The notes under the pieces: model-generated
Database searches by the model: none
Seen by the model: only the letters and a program-made list of their open reading frames with translations
What the model was told of the DNA's origin: nothing
In this document: positions 10,724 to 22,971 of the stretch, piece by piece
Layout: every line of letters starts with the position of its first letter
Position numbering within the stretch: the stretch's first letter is position 1
Translations under genes and position numbers: made by a program
DNA from: Escherichia coli
GTDB lineage: Bacteria > Pseudomonadota > Gammaproteobacteria > Enterobacterales > Enterobacteriaceae
Reading direction: 5' to 3' (one strand)
DNA length: 64,000 bases
Assembly (NCBI RefSeq): GCF_013315695.1
Contig: NZ_CP054353.1

Positions 10724-11589
10724 CGACGGATCGGAATCAGCAGTTCACAGCGTAGATTAATTGGGCGATCTCCCGCTTTGGCATCTTCTGCCGGGTAGTA
10801 TCGCTCAATATCCTGACCTTTACGGCGCGTCAGGTTGAGCATTGGCATGCACGTTCCGTATACCGTCAGGATAAACTCCTGCACGCCGGTTCCCAGACCT
10901 TCATAGGTAAACATCACATATTCGCCGCCCTGCAGCATCACCGGATGCCCCGTCAGTACATAGCCATCTGCCTGATCCTGGGCTAACGCGGTGGTATAGA
11001 ATACCTCTTGTTCGTCGTCTTTATCCTGACTCGGACGCGTTTCATTCAGGCCGTAGAGCACCGGCGGAATGGTCGGCGCGTTGCCGAGAAAATCGTGCCA
11101 GAACTGATAACGCATTTCATGGCGGAAATCAGAGATTTGCTCCAGCGAACAGGAGTAGCTCTGGGTAACACCAATCAGCGGCGTATCTTCCAGGGTGACA
11201 AATTTGTGCTCTGGCATAGTGAATTCACCCAGGCGTAGCGGCGGGCGAATACCAAAGGCGCTCCATTCAGGAGAACGGCGGTAAAGTGCAGGAGTCTGGG
11301 CAAACTGCTTCTTGAATGCGCGGGTAAATGTCTGTTGAGAGTCGAAGCGGTATTGCAGCGCGATGTCCAGAATCGGACGCGCAGTCAGGCGTAGTGCGAC
11401 CGCCGATTTCGACAAACGACGAGCACGAATATACGCGCCAATAGCATGGCCAGTGACATCTTTAAACATTCTCTGTAAGTGCCACTTGGAATAACCTGCT
11501 TTCGCCGCTACATTGTCGAGCGACAGGGGCTGATCCAGATGACCTTCCAGCCAGATTAAAAGGTCGCGAATAATGCCGGCCTGATCCAT
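10720..11589 (-). CDS. rob: AraC/XylS-family transcriptional regulator Rob (right origin-binding protein)
   Basis: 289-aa ORF MDQAGIIRDLLIWLEGHLDQPLSLDNVAAKAGYSKWHLQRMFK... N-terminal AraC HTH; recognised as Rob. Confidence 0.95.
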   Translation of the reverse strand: MDQAGIIRDLLIWLEGHLDQPLSLDNVAAKAGYSKWHLQRMFKDVTGHAIGAYIRARRLSKSAVALRLTARPILDIALQYRFDSQQTFTRAFKKQFAQTPALYRRSPEWSAFGIRPPLRLGEFTMPEHKFVTLEDTPLIGVTQSYSCSLEQISDFRHEMRYQFWHDFLGNAPTIPPVLYGLNETRPSQDKDDEQEVFYTTALAQDQADGYVLTGHPVMLQGGEYVMFTYEGLGTGVQEFILTVYGTCMPMLNLTRRKGQDIERYYPAEDAKAGDRPINLRCELLIPIRR

Positions 11590-11799
11590 AAAATATCCTC
11601 ATCCTTTCAACAACGAGCACCTGACATCAGGTAATTGGATAATAGCATTTTTTGCTGTTTTAGCATTCAGTGTTTTTTTCTTAGTCGAGTATGTTTTAGG
11701 GCTTGACGGAAATAAAAGTATTGAGATTTTGTTCTTAATCAATATGTTATTTACCGTGACGAACTAATTGCTCGTGTAATAGATAAAAATGGTAACAAT

Positions 11800-12273
11800 A
11801 TGAAATACAAGCATTTGATCCTGTCTTTAAGCCTGATAATGCTGGGGCCATTGGCTCATGCAGAAGAGATTGGTTCGGTCGACACCGTATTTAAAATGAT
11901 CGGCCCGGATCACAAAATTGTTGTGGAAGCCTTTGATGATCCCGATGTGAAAAATGTCACCTGTTATGTGAGCCGGGCGAAAACCGGTGGTATTAAAGGG
12001 GGATTGGGTCTGGCGGAAGATACCTCCGATGCGGCCATTTCTTGTCAGCAAGTCGGGCCGATTGAACTGTCGGATCGTATTAAAAACGGCAAAGCTCAGG
12101 GCGAGGTAGTATTCAAAAAACGCACGTCCCTGGTCTTTAAGTCGTTACAGGTCGTGCGCTTTTATGATGCCAAACGCAACGCGCTCGCTTATCTGGCTTA
12201 CTCCGACAAAGTTGTAGAAGGTTCGCCGAAAAACGCGATTAGCGCGGTTCCTGTCATGCCGTGGCGGCAATAA
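11800..12273 (+). CDS. creA: CreA periplasmic protein
   Basis: 157-aa ORF with signal peptide; first gene of creABCD cluster. Confidence 0.9.
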
Positions 12274-12285
12274 CAGAGGCGATTT

Positions 12286-12975
12286 ATGCAACGGGAAACG
12301 GTCTGGTTAGTAGAAGACGAGCAAGGGATAGCCGATACTCTGGTCTACATGTTGCAACAGGAAGGTTTTGACGTCGAGGTCTTTGAGCGAGGCTTGCCAG
12401 TGCTGGATAAAGCTCGCCAGCAGGTTCCCGATGTCATGATTCTCGATGTTGGTTTGCCTGATATCAGCGGCTTTGAATTGTGCCGCCAGTTACTGGCGCT
12501 CCATCCGGCGTTACCTGTACTGTTCCTGACGGCCCGAAGTGAAGAGGTCGATCGCCTGCTTGGGCTGGAAATTGGCGCTGACGACTATGTGGCTAAACCG
12601 TTTTCACCCCGCGAAGTGTGCGCCAGGGTGCGCACCTTACTGCGTCGGGTGAAGAAGTTCTCGACGCCGTCTCCCGTCATCCGTATTGGTCATTTTGAAT
12701 TGAATGAACCCGCGGCGCAGATCAGCTGGTTTGACACGCCATTAACGCTGACGCGGTATGAGTTTTTATTGCTGAAGACGTTACTCAAGTCGCCAGGCCG
12801 CGTCTGGTCCCGCCAGCAACTGATGGATAGCGTGTGGGAAGATGCGCAGGACACCTACGATCGCACCGTCGATACCCACATTAAAACGCTGCGTGCCAAG
12901 CTGCGCGCCATCAACCCCGATCTTTCACCGATTAATACTCATCGCGGCATGGGATATAGCCTGAGGGGCCTGTAA
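12286..12975 (+). CDS. creB: two-component response regulator CreB
   Basis: 229-aa OmpR-family response regulator (receiver domain plus winged helix). Confidence 0.95.
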   Translation: MQRETVWLVEDEQGIADTLVYMLQQEGFDVEVFERGLPVLDKARQQVPDVMILDVGLPDISGFELCRQLLALHPALPVLFLTARSEEVDRLLGLEIGADDYVAKPFSPREVCARVRTLLRRVKKFSTPSPVIRIGHFELNEPAAQISWFDTPLTLTRYEFLLLKTLLKSPGRVWSRQQLMDSVWEDAQDTYDRTVDTHIKTLRAKLRAINPDLSPINTHRGMGYSLRGL

Positions 12976-14399
12976 TGCGTATCGGCATGCGGTTGTTGCT
13001 GGGCTATTTTTTACTGGTGGCGGTGGCAGCCTGGTTCGTACTGGCCATTTTTGTCAAAGAAGTTAAACCGGGCGTGCGAAGAGCAACGGAGGGGACGTTG
13101 ATCGACACCGCAACGTTGCTGGCGGAGCTGGCGCGTCCCGATTTGCTCTCTGGGGACCCAACGCATGGGCAACTGGCGCAGGCGTTTAATCAGCTACAAC
13201 ATCGCCCGTTTCGCGCCAATATCGGTGGCATTAACAAAGTGCGAAACGAATATCATGTCTATATGACCGATGCGCAGGGCAAAGTATTGTTCGATTCGGC
13301 AAATAAAGCCGTTGGACAGGATTATTCGCGCTGGAATGACGTCTGGCTAACGTTGCGTGGTCAGTATGGTGCGCGCAGCACGTTGCAAAATCCTGCCGAT
13401 CCCGAAAGTTCTGTGATGTATGTTGCCGCACCGATTATGGACGGCTCGCGGCTTATTGGCGTTTTGAGCGTAGGCAAACCGAACGCGGCGATGGCTCCGG
13501 TCATTAAGCGTAGCGAGCGGCGAATTTTATGGGCCAGCGCCATTTTGTTGGGGATTGCACTGGTGATTGGCGCAGGCATGGTTTGGTGGATCAACCGCTC
13601 TATTGCCCGGCTCACTCGCTATGCTGATTCCGTCACTGACAATAAGCCCGTTCCTCTCCCCGATCTCGGTAGTAGCGAGTTGCGTAAACTCGCGCAGGCG
13701 CTGGAAAGTATGCGCGTGAAGCTGGAAGGGAAAAACTATATTGAGCAGTATGTTTACGCATTAACTCATGAGCTAAAAAGCCCACTGGCGGCGATTCGTG
13801 GCGCGGCGGAAATTTTACGCGAAGGTCCGCCGCCGGAAGTGGTGGCTCGTTTTACTGACAACATTCTGACGCAAAATGCGCGTATGCAGGCATTGGTAGA
13901 AACGTTACTACGCCAGGCAAGACTGGAGAATCGTCAGGAAGTCGTTCTGACTGCTGTTGATGTGGCGGCATTATTCCGCCGCGTCAGCGAAGCGCGCACC
14001 GTGCAGTTGGCAGAAAAAAAAATCACTCTGCATGTTACGCCCACCGAGGTTAACGTTGCTGCTGAACCGGCGTTACTGGAGCAGGCGCTGGGAAATTTAC
14101 TGGATAACGCCATCGATTTTACCCCCGAGAGCGGTTGCATCACGCTAAGCGCCGAAGTGGATCAGGAACACGTCACGCTTAAGGTGCTGGATACCGGTAG
14201 TGGTATTCCTGACTACGCGCTTTCACGTATTTTTGAACGCTTTTACTCTTTGCCTCGTGCAAATGGGCAAAAAAGCAGCGGTCTGGGGTTGGCGTTCGTC
14301 AGTGAGGTCGCCCGTTTGTTTAACGGCGAAGTCACGCTGCGCAACGTGCAGGAAGGTGGCGTGCTGGCCTCGCTTCGACTTCACCGTCACTTCACATAG
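12975..14399 (+). CDS. creC: sensor histidine kinase CreC
   Basis: 474-aa ORF with TM segments, H-box (LTHELKSPLAAIRG) and ATPase G-box motifs. Confidence 0.95.
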   Translation: MRIGMRLLLGYFLLVAVAAWFVLAIFVKEVKPGVRRATEGTLIDTATLLAELARPDLLSGDPTHGQLAQAFNQLQHRPFRANIGGINKVRNEYHVYMTDAQGKVLFDSANKAVGQDYSRWNDVWLTLRGQYGARSTLQNPADPESSVMYVAAPIMDGSRLIGVLSVGKPNAAMAPVIKRSERRILWASAILLGIALVIGAGMVWWINRSIARLTRYADSVTDNKPVPLPDLGSSELRKLAQALESMRVKLEGKNYIEQYVYALTHELKSPLAAIRGAAEILREGPPPEVVARFTDNILTQNARMQALVETLLRQARLENRQEVVLTAVDVAALFRRVSEARTVQLAEKKITLHVTPTEVNVAAEPALLEQALGNLLDNAIDFTPESGCITLSAEVDQEHVTLKVLDTGSGIPDYALSRIFERFYSLPRANGQKSSGLGLAFVSEVARLFNGEVTLRNVQEGGVLASLRLHRHFT

Positions 14400-14456
14400 C
14401 TTCAAATTCTTCCCACATAGCCTTCGTATCCTGCTGCCATTGCAAAGGAGAAGACT

Positions 14457-15809
14457 ATGTTGAAATCCCCCCTGTTCTGGAAAATGACCACCCTGTTTGG
14501 TGCAGTATTGCTGTTGTTGATTCCGATAATGCTGATTCGGCAGGTGATTGTCGAACGTGCTGATTACCGTAGCGATGTGGAAGATGCGATTCGCCAAAGT
14601 ACCAGCGGGCCGCAAAAACTCGTTGGGCCGCTCATCGCTATTCCTGTGACCGAGCTTTATACGGTGCAGGAAGAGGATAAAACCGTGGAGCGGAAACGAA
14701 GTTTTATCCATTTTTGGTTACCTGAGTCATTGATGGTTGATGGCAATCAGAACGTGGAAGAACGCAAGATAGGGATTTATACCGGTCAGGTCTGGCACAG
14801 TGATTTAACGCTAAAAGCCGATTTCGATGTTTCGCGTCTTAGCGAACTCAACGCGCCAAATATCACCTTAGGCAAGCCATTTATTGTGATTAGCGTCGGG
14901 GATGCGCGTGGTATTGGTGTGGTGAAAGCGCCTGAAGTTAACGGAACGGCGCTGACCATTGAACCCGGCACCGGGTTAGAGCAAGGCGGGCAGGGCGTAC
15001 ATATCCCTTTACCCGAAGGGGACTGGCGAAAGCAGAACCTGAAGCTGGATATGGCACTGAATTTAAGCGGTACCGGCGATCTTTCTGTGGTGCCTGCTGG
15101 GCGTAATAGCGAAATGACCTTAACCAGCAACTGGCCGCATCCCAGTTTTTTAGGTGATTTTCTACCAGCCAAACGGGAAGTTAGCGAGTCAGGTTTTCAG
15201 GCGCACTGGCAAAGCAGCTGGTTTGCTAATAATCTCGGTGAGCGTTTTGCTTCAGGCAATGATACCGGTTGGGAAAACTTCCCGGCGTTTAGCGTCGCAG
15301 TAACGACGCCAGCCGATCAATACCAATTAACTGACCGGGCGACTAAGTACGCCATTCTGCTGATTGCGCTGACTTTTATGGCGTTCTTTGTTTTTGAAAC
15401 GCTCACCGCGCAACGTTTACACCCAATGCAATATTTGCTGGTGGGGCTTTCATTGGTGATGTTTTATTTGCTCTTGCTGGCGCTTTCTGAACATGCCGGT
15501 TTTACCGTGGCATGGATAATCGCCAGTCTGATTGGGGCGTTAATGAACGGTATTTATTTGCAGGCGGTATTGAAAGGTTGGCGCAACAGCATGTTGTTTA
15601 CCCTCGCGCTGTTGTTGCTGGATGGTGTGATGTGGGGACTGCTCAACTCTGCCGATAGCGCGCTGTTGTTGGGAACCAGTGTGCTGGTGGTGGCGCTGGC
15701 CGGCATGATGTTTGTGACCCGTAATATCGACTGGTATGCGTTTTCACTGCCGAAAATGAAAGCCAGTAAAGAAGTTACAACGGACGATGAGTTACGTATC
15801 TGGAAATAA
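14457..15809 (+). CDS. creD: inner membrane protein CreD
   Basis: 450-aa multi-TM ORF completing the cre operon. Confidence 0.9.
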   Translation: MLKSPLFWKMTTLFGAVLLLLIPIMLIRQVIVERADYRSDVEDAIRQSTSGPQKLVGPLIAIPVTELYTVQEEDKTVERKRSFIHFWLPESLMVDGNQNVEERKIGIYTGQVWHSDLTLKADFDVSRLSELNAPNITLGKPFIVISVGDARGIGVVKAPEVNGTALTIEPGTGLEQGGQGVHIPLPEGDWRKQNLKLDMALNLSGTGDLSVVPAGRNSEMTLTSNWPHPSFLGDFLPAKREVSESGFQAHWQSSWFANNLGERFASGNDTGWENFPAFSVAVTTPADQYQLTDRATKYAILLIALTFMAFFVFETLTAQRLHPMQYLLVGLSLVMFYLLLLALSEHAGFTVAWIIASLIGALMNGIYLQAVLKGWRNSMLFTLALLLLDGVMWGLLNSADSALLLGTSVLVVALAGMMFVTRNIDWYAFSLPKMKASKEVTTDDELRIWK

Positions 15810-15819
15810 GGTTGAAAAA

Positions 15820-15851
15820 TAAAAACGGCGCTAAAAAGCGCCGTTTTTTTT
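15820..15851. terminator. bidirectional rho-independent terminator between convergent creD and arcA
   Basis: aaaaacggcgctaaaaagcgccgttttttt: GC hairpin flanked by A-run and T-run. Confidence 0.7.
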
Positions 15852-15868
15852 GACGGTGGTAAAGCCGA

Positions 15869-16585
15869 TTAATCTTCCAGATCACCGCAGAAGCGATAAC
15901 CTTCACCGTGAATGGTGGCGATGATTTCCGGCGTATCCGGCGTAGATTCGAAATGTTTACGAATACGGCGGATCGTCACGTCTACAGTACGGTCGTGCGG
16001 TTTCAGCTCACGGCCGGTCATTTTCTTCAGCAGTTCAGCACGGGACTGAATTTTGCCTGGGTTTTCACAGAAGTGAAGCATGGCGCGGAACTCGCTGCGC
16101 GGCAGCTTGTACTGCTCGCCATCAGGGCCGATCAACGAACGGCTGTTGATGTCCAGTTCCCAACCATTGAACTTGTAGCTTTCAACGCTACGACGTTCTT
16201 CGCTGACAGTACCCAGATTCATGGTACGGGACAGCAGGTTGCGTGCACGAATCGTCAGTTCACGCGGGTTGAACGGTTTGGTGATGTAGTCATCTGCACC
16301 GATTTCGAGGCCGAGAATTTTATCGACTTCGTTGTCACGGCCAGTCAGGAACATCAACGCAACATTCGCCTGCTCGCGCAGTTCACGCGCTAACAGAAGA
16401 CCGTTCTTACCCGGCAGATTGATATCCATGATCACCAGGTTGATGTCATATTCAGAGAGGATCTGATGCATTTCCGCGCCATCTGTCGCTTCGAAAACAT
16501 CATAGCCTTCCGCTTCGAAAATACTTTTCAACGTGTTGCGTGTTACCAACTCGTCTTCAACGATAAGAATGTGCGGGGTCTGCAT
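15869..16585 (-). CDS. arcA: aerobic respiration control response regulator ArcA
   Basis: 238-aa [46 protein letters not shown]... recognised as ArcA. Confidence 0.97.
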
Positions 16586-16680
16586 GTTTGCTACCTAAAT
16601 TGCCAACTAAATCGAAACAGGAAGTACAAAAGTCCCTGACCTGCCTGATGCATGCTGCAAATTAACATGATCGGCGTAAC

Positions 16681-16821
16681 ATGACTAAAGTACGTAATTG
16701 CGTTCTTGATGCACTTTCCATCAACGTCAACAACATCATTAGCTTGGTCGTGGGTACTTTCCCTCAGGACCCGACAGTGTCAAAAACGGCTGTCATCCTA
16801 ACCATTTTAACAGCAACATAA
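16681..16821 (+). CDS. yjjY: small protein YjjY (46 aa)
   Basis: ATG 16681 MTKVRNCVLDALSINVNNIISLVVGTFPQDPTVSKTAVILTILTAT*; matches the annotated K-12 small ORF from memory; function unknown. Confidence 0.55.
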   Translation: MTKVRNCVLDALSINVNNIISLVVGTFPQDPTVSKTAVILTILTAT

Positions 16822-17220
16822 CAGGCTAAGAGGGGCCGGACACCCAATAAAACTACGCTTCGTTGACATATATCAAGTTCAATTGTAGCACGTTAACAGT
16901 TTGATGAAATCATCGTATCTAAATGCTAGCTTTCGTCACATTATTTTAATAATCCAACTAGTTGCATCATACAACTAATAAACGTGGTGAATCCAATTGT
17001 CGAGATTTATTTTTTATAAAATTATCCTAAGTAAACAGAAGGATATGTAGCATTTTTTAACAATTAAACCGTTAGTACAGTAAGGAAATAGTTTAGCCTT
17101 TTTTAAGCTAAGTAAAGGGCTTTTTCTGCGACTTACGTTAAGAATTTGTAAATTCGCACCGCGTAATAAGTTGACAGTGATCACCCGGTTCGCGGTTATT
17201 TGATCAAGAAGAGTGGCAAT

Positions 17221-17907
17221 ATGCGTATAACGATTATTCTGGTCGCACCCGCCAGAGCAGAAAATATTGGGGCAGCGGCGCGGGCAATGAAAACGATGGG
17301 GTTTAGCGATCTGCGGATTGTCGATAGTCAGGCACACCTGGAGCCAGCCACCCACTGGGTCGCACATGGATCTGGTGATATTATTGATAATATTAAAGTT
17401 TTCCCGACACTGGCTGAATCGTTACACGATGTCGATTTCACTGTCGCCACCACTGCGCGCAGTCGGGCGAAATATCATTACTACGCCACGCCAGTTGAAC
17501 TGGTGCCGCTGTTAGAGGAAAAATCTTCATGGATGAGCCATGCCGCGCTGGTGTTTGGTCGCGAAGATTCCGGGTTGACTAACGAAGAGTTAGCGTTGGC
17601 TGACGTTCTTACTGGTGTGCCGATGGTGGCAGATTATCCTTCGCTCAATCTTGGGCAGGCGGTGATGGTCTATTGCTATCAATTAGCAACATTAATACAA
17701 CAACCGGCGAAAAGTGACACAACGGCAGACCAACATCAACTGCAAGCTTTACGCGAACGAGCCATGGCATTGCTGACGACTCTGGCAGTGGCAGATGACA
17801 TAAAACTGGTCGACTGGTTACAACAACGCCTGGGGCTTTTAGAGCACCGAGACACGGCAATGTTGCACCGTTTGCTGCATGATATTGAAAAAAATATCAC
17901 CAAATAA
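17221..17907 (+). CDS. lasT: SpoU-type tRNA/rRNA methyltransferase LasT (YjtD)
   Basis: ORF track 17200..17907; ATG 17221 (MRITIILVAPARAENIGAAARAMKTMGF...), 228 aa. Confidence 0.9.
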   Translation: MRITIILVAPARAENIGAAARAMKTMGFSDLRIVDSQAHLEPATHWVAHGSGDIIDNIKVFPTLAESLHDVDFTVATTARSRAKYHYYATPVELVPLLEEKSSWMSHAALVFGREDSGLTNEELALADVLTGVPMVADYPSLNLGQAVMVYCYQLATLIQQPAKSDTTADQHQLQALRERAMALLTTLAVADDIKLVDWLQQRLGLLEHRDTAMLHRLLHDIEKNITK

Positions 17908-18117
17908 AAAACGCCTTAGTAAGTATTTTTCAGCTTTTCATTCTGACTGCAACGGGCAATATGTCTCTGTGTGGATTAAAAAAAGAGTGTCTGATAGCAG
18001 CTTCTGAACTGGTTACCTGCCGTGAGTAAATTAAAATTTTATTGACTTAGGTCACTAAATACTTTAACCAATATAGGCATAGCGCACAGACAGATAAAAA
18101 TTACAGAGTACACAACA

Positions 18118-18186
<69 letters not shown>

Positions 18187-18204
18187 CGCGTACAGGAAAC
18201 ACAG

Positions 18205-18240
18205 AAAAAAGCCCGCACCTGACAGTGCGGGCTTTTTTTT
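18205..18240 (+). terminator. thr operon attenuator (rho-independent terminator)
   Basis: aaaaaagcccgcacctgacagtgcgggctttttttt: GC hairpin plus T8 run immediately after thrL. Confidence 0.9.
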
Positions 18241-18266
18241 CGACCAAAGGTAACGAGGTAACAACC

Positions 18267-20729
18267 ATGCGAGTGTTGAAGTTCGGCGGTACATCAGTGG
18301 CAAATGCAGAACGTTTTCTGCGTGTTGCCGATATTCTGGAAAGCAATGCCAGGCAGGGGCAGGTGGCCACCGTCCTCTCTGCCCCCGCCAAAATCACCAA
18401 CCACCTGGTGGCGATGATTGAAAAAACCATTAGCGGCCAGGATGCTTTACCCAATATCAGCGATGCCGAACGTATTTTTGCCGAACTTCTGACGGGACTC
18501 GCCGCTGCCCAACCGGGATTCCCGCTGGCGCAACTGAAAACTTTCGTCGACCAGGAATTTGCCCAAATAAAACATGTCCTGCATGGCATTAGTTTGTTGG
18601 GGCAGTGCCCGGATAGCATCAACGCTGCGCTGATTTGCCGTGGCGAGAAAATGTCGATCGCCATTATGGCCGGCGTGTTAGAAGCGCGTGGTCACAACGT
18701 TACCGTTATCGATCCGGTCGAAAAACTGCTGGCTGTGGGGCATTACCTCGAATCTACCGTCGATATTGCTGAGTCCACCCGCCGTATTGCGGCAAGTCGT
18801 ATTCCGGCTGATCACATGGTGCTGATGGCAGGTTTCACCGCCGGTAATGAAAAAGGCGAACTGGTGGTGCTTGGACGCAACGGTTCCGACTACTCCGCGG
18901 CGGTGCTGGCTGCCTGTTTACGCGCCGATTGTTGCGAGATTTGGACGGACGTTGACGGGGTCTATACCTGCGACCCGCGTCAGGTGCCCGATGCGAGGTT
19001 GTTGAAGTCGATGTCCTACCAGGAAGCGATGGAGCTTTCCTACTTCGGCGCTAAAGTTCTTCACCCCCGCACCATTACCCCCATCGCCCAGTTCCAGATC
19101 CCTTGCCTGATTAAAAATACCGGAAATCCTCAAGCACCAGGTACGCTCATTGGTGCCAGTCGTGATGAAGACGAATTACCGGTCAAGGGCATTTCCAATC
19201 TGAATAACATGGCAATGTTCAGCGTTTCCGGCCCGGGGATGAAAGGAATGGTCGGCATGGCGGCGCGCGTCTTTGCTGCAATGTCACGCGCCCGTATTTC
19301 CGTGGTGCTGATTACGCAATCATCTTCCGAATACAGTATCAGTTTCTGCGTTCCGCAAAGCGACTGTGTGCGAGCTGAACGGGCAATGCAGGAAGAGTTC
19401 TACCTGGAACTGAAAGAAGGCTTACTGGAGCCGCTGGCGGTGACGGAACGGCTGGCCATTATCTCGGTGGTAGGTGATGGTATGCGCACCTTGCGTGGGA
19501 TCTCGGCGAAATTCTTTGCCGCGCTGGCCCGCGCCAATATCAACATTGTCGCCATTGCTCAGGGATCTTCTGAACGCTCAATCTCTGTCGTGGTAAATAA
19601 CGATGATGCGACCACTGGCGTGCGCGTTACTCATCAGATGCTGTTCAATACCGATCAGGTTATCGAAGTGTTTGTGATTGGCGTCGGTGGCGTTGGCGGT
19701 GCGCTGCTGGAGCAACTGAAGCGTCAACAAAGCTGGCTGAAGAATAAACATATCGACTTACGTGTCTGCGGCGTTGCCAACTCGAAGGCTCTGCTTACCA
19801 ATGTGCATGGCCTAAACCTGGAAAACTGGCAGGAAGAACTGGCTCAAGCCAAAGAGCCGTTTAATCTCGGGCGCTTAATTCGCCTCGTGAAAGAATATCA
19901 TCTGCTGAACCCGGTCATTGTTGACTGCACTTCCAGCCAGGCAGTGGCGGATCAGTATGCCGACTTCCTGCGCGAAGGTTTCCACGTCGTCACGCCGAAC
20001 AAAAAGGCTAACACCTCGTCGATGGATTACTACCATCTGTTGCGTCATGCGGCGGAAAAATCGCGGCGTAAATTCCTCTATGACACCAACGTTGGGGCTG
20101 GATTACCGGTTATTGAGAACCTGCAAAATCTGCTCAATGCTGGTGATGAATTGATGAAGTTCTCCGGCATTCTTTCAGGTTCGCTTTCTTATATCTTCGG
20201 CAAGTTAGACGAAGGCATGAGTTTCTCCGAGGCGACCACACTGGCGCGGGAAATGGGTTATACCGAACCGGACCCGCGAGATGATCTTTCTGGTATGGAT
20301 GTGGCGCGTAAGCTATTGATTCTCGCTCGTGAAACGGGACGTGAACTGGAGCTGGCGGATATTGAAATTGAACCTGTGCTGCCCGCAGAGTTTAACGCCG
20401 AGGGTGATGTCGCCGCTTTTATGGCGAATCTGTCACAGCTCGACGATCTCTTTGCCGCGCGTGTGGCGAAGGCCCGTGATGAAGGAAAAGTTTTGCGCTA
20501 TGTTGGCAATATTGATGAAGATGGCGTCTGCCGCGTGAAGATTGCCGAAGTGGATGGTAATGATCCGCTGTTCAAAGTGAAAAATGGCGAAAACGCCCTG
20601 GCCTTCTATAGCCACTATTATCAGCCGCTGCCGTTGGTACTGCGCGGATATGGTGCGGGCAATGACGTTACAGCTGCCGGTGTCTTTGCTGATCTGCTAC
20701 GTACCCTCTCATGGAAGTTAGGAGTCTGA
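18267..20729 (+). CDS. thrA: bifunctional aspartokinase I / homoserine dehydrogenase I
   Basis: ORF track 18225..20729; ATG 18267 ([27 protein letters not shown]...), 820 aa. Confidence 0.97.
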   Translation: MRVLKFGGTSVANAERFLRVADILESNARQGQVATVLSAPAKITNHLVAMIEKTISGQDALPNISDAERIFAELLTGLAAAQPGFPLAQLKTFVDQEFAQIKHVLHGISLLGQCPDSINAALICRGEKMSIAIMAGVLEARGHNVTVIDPVEKLLAVGHYLESTVDIAESTRRIAASRIPADHMVLMAGFTAGNEKGELVVLGRNGSDYSAAVLAACLRADCCEIWTDVDGVYTCDPRQVPDARLLKSMSYQEAMELSYFGAKVLHPRTITPIAQFQIPCLIKNTGNPQAPGTLIGASRDEDELPVKGISNLNNMAMFSVSGPGMKGMVGMAARVFAAMSRARISVVLITQSSSEYSISFCVPQSDCVRAERAMQEEFYLELKEGLLEPLAVTERLAIISVVGDGMRTLRGISAKFFAALARANINIVAIAQGSSERSISVVVNNDDATTGVRVTHQMLFNTDQVIEVFVIGVGGVGGALLEQLKRQQSWLKNKHIDLRVCGVANSKALLTNVHGLNLENWQEELAQAKEPFNLGRLIRLVKEYHLLNPVIVDCTSSQAVADQYADFLREGFHVVTPNKKANTSSMDYYHLLRHAAEKSRRKFLYDTNVGAGLPVIENLQNLLNAGDELMKFSGILSGSLSYIFGKLDEGMSFSEATTLAREMGYTEPDPRDDLSGMDVARKLLILARETGRELELADIEIEPVLPAEFNAEGDVAAFMANLSQLDDLFAARVAKARDEGKVLRYVGNIDEDGVCRVKIAEVDGNDPLFKVKNGENALAFYSHYYQPLPLVLRGYGAGNDVTAAGVFADLLRTLSWKLGV

Positions 20730-20730
20730 C

Positions 20731-21663
20731 ATGGTTAAAGTTTATGCCCCGGCTTCCAGTGCCAATATGAGCGTCGGGTTTGATGTGCTCGGGGCGGCGG
20801 TGACACCTGTTGATGGTGCATTGCTCGGAGATGTAGTCACGGTTGAGGCGGCAGAGACATTCAGTCTCAACAACCTCGGACGCTTTGCCGATAAGCTGCC
20901 GTCAGAACCACGGGAAAATATCGTTTATCAGTGCTGGGAGCGTTTTTGCCAGGAACTGGGTAAGCAAATTCCAGTGGCGATGACCCTGGAAAAGAATATG
21001 CCGATCGGTTCGGGCTTAGGCTCCAGTGCCTGTTCGGTGGTCGCGGCGCTGATGGCGATGAATGAACACTGCGGCAAGCCGCTTAATGCCACTCGTTTGC
21101 TGGCTTTGATGGGCGAGCTGGAAGGCCGTATCTCCGGCAGCATTCATTACGACAACGTGGCACCGTGTTTTCTCGGTGGTATGCAGTTGATGATCGAAGA
21201 AAACGACATCATCAGCCAGCAAGTGCCAGGGTTTGATGAGTGGCTGTGGGTGCTGGCGTATCCGGGGATTAAAGTCTCGACGGCAGAAGCCCGGGCTATT
21301 TTACCGGCGCAGTATCGCCGCCAGGATTGCATTGCGCACGGGCGACATCTGGCAGGCTTCATTCACGCCTGTTATTCCCGTCAGCCTGAGCTTGCCGCGA
21401 AGCTGATGAAAGATGTTATCGCTGAACCCTACCGTGAACGGTTATTGCCTGGCTTTCGGCAGGCGCGGCAGGCGGTTGCGGAAATCGGCGCGGTAGCGAG
21501 CGGTATCTCCGGCTCCGGCCCGACTTTGTTCGCTCTGTGTGACAAGCCGGATACCGCCCAGCGCGTTGCCGACTGGTTGGGTAAGAACTACCTGCAAAAT
21601 CAGGAAGGTTTTGTTCATATTTGCCGGCTGGATACGGCGGGCGCACGAGTACTGGAAAACTAA
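20731..21663 (+). CDS. thrB: homoserine kinase
   Basis: 310-aa [27 protein letters not shown]... GHMP kinase motif. Confidence 0.97.
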   Translation: MVKVYAPASSANMSVGFDVLGAAVTPVDGALLGDVVTVEAAETFSLNNLGRFADKLPSEPRENIVYQCWERFCQELGKQIPVAMTLEKNMPIGSGLGSSACSVVAALMAMNEHCGKPLNATRLLALMGELEGRISGSIHYDNVAPCFLGGMQLMIEENDIISQQVPGFDEWLWVLAYPGIKVSTAEARAILPAQYRRQDCIAHGRHLAGFIHACYSRQPELAAKLMKDVIAEPYRERLLPGFRQARQAVAEIGAVASGISGSGPTLFALCDKPDTAQRVADWLGKNYLQNQEGFVHICRLDTAGARVLEN

Positions 21664-22950
21664 ATGAAACTCTACAATCTGAAAGATCACAATGAGCAGG
21701 TCAGCTTTGCGCAAGCCGTAACCCAGGGGTTGGGCAAAAATCAGGGGCTGTTTTTCCCGCACGACCTGCCGGAATTCAGCCTGACTGAAATTGATGAGAT
21801 GCTGAAGCTGGATTTTGTCACCCGCAGTGCGAAGATCCTCTCGGCGTTTATTGGTGATGAAATCCCGCAGGAAATCCTGGAAGAGCGCGTACGCGCGGCG
21901 TTTGCCTTCCCGGCTCCGGTCGCCAATGTTGAAAGCGATGTCGGTTGTCTGGAATTGTTCCACGGGCCAACGCTGGCATTTAAAGATTTCGGCGGTCGCT
22001 TTATGGCACAAATGCTGACCCATATTGCGGGCGATAAGCCAGTGACCATTCTGACCGCGACATCCGGTGATACCGGAGCGGCAGTGGCTCATGCTTTCTA
22101 CGGTTTACCGAATGTGAAAGTGGTTATCCTCTATCCACGAGGCAAAATCAGTCCACTGCAAGAAAAACTGTTCTGTACATTGGGCGGCAATATCGAAACT
22201 GTTGCCATCGACGGCGATTTCGATGCCTGTCAGGCGCTGGTGAAGCAGGCGTTTGATGATGAAGAACTGAAAGTAGCGCTGGGGCTAAACTCTGCTAACT
22301 CCATTAACATCAGCCGTTTGCTGGCGCAGATTTGCTACTACTTTGAAGCTGTTGCGCAGCTGCCGCAGGAAGCGCGCAACCAGCTGGTTGTCTCGGTGCC
22401 GAGCGGTAACTTCGGCGATTTGACTGCGGGCCTGCTGGCGAAATCTCTTGGCCTGCCGGTGAAGCGTTTTATCGCTGCCACTAACGTGAACGATACCGTG
22501 CCGCGTTTCCTGCACGACGGGCAGTGGTCACCCAAAGCGACTCAGGCGACGTTATCCAACGCGATGGACGTGAGTCAACCGAACAACTGGCCGCGTGTGG
22601 AAGAGTTGTTCCGCCGCAAAATCTGGCAACTGAAAGAGCTGGGTTATGCAGCCGTAGATGATGAAACCACGCAACAGACAATGCGTGAGTTAAAAGAACT
22701 GGGCTATACCTCGGAGCCGCACGCTGCCGTAGCTTATCGTGCGCTGCGTGACCAGTTGAATCCAGGCGAATATGGTTTGTTCCTCGGCACCGCGCATCCG
22801 GCGAAATTTAAAGAGAGCGTGGAAGCGATTCTCGGTGAAACGTTGGATCTGCCAAAAGAGCTGGCAGAACGTGCTGATTTACCCTTGCTTTCGCATAACC
22901 TGCCCGCCGATTTTGCTGCGTTGCGTAAATTGATGATGAATCATCAGTAA
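21664..22950 (+). CDS. thrC: threonine synthase
   Basis: 428-aa ORF MKLYNLKDHNEQVSFAQAVTQGLGKNQGLFFP... Confidence 0.97.
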   Translation: MKLYNLKDHNEQVSFAQAVTQGLGKNQGLFFPHDLPEFSLTEIDEMLKLDFVTRSAKILSAFIGDEIPQEILEERVRAAFAFPAPVANVESDVGCLELFHGPTLAFKDFGGRFMAQMLTHIAGDKPVTILTATSGDTGAAVAHAFYGLPNVKVVILYPRGKISPLQEKLFCTLGGNIETVAIDGDFDACQALVKQAFDDEELKVALGLNSANSINISRLLAQICYYFEAVAQLPQEARNQLVVSVPSGNFGDLTAGLLAKSLGLPVKRFIAATNVNDTVPRFLHDGQWSPKATQATLSNAMDVSQPNNWPRVEELFRRKIWQLKELGYAAVDDETTQQTMRELKELGYTSEPHAAVAYRALRDQLNPGEYGLFLGTAHPAKFKESVEAILGETLDLPKELAERADLPLLSHNLPADFAALRKLMMNHQ

Positions 22951-22971
22951 CATCTATTCATTATCTCAATC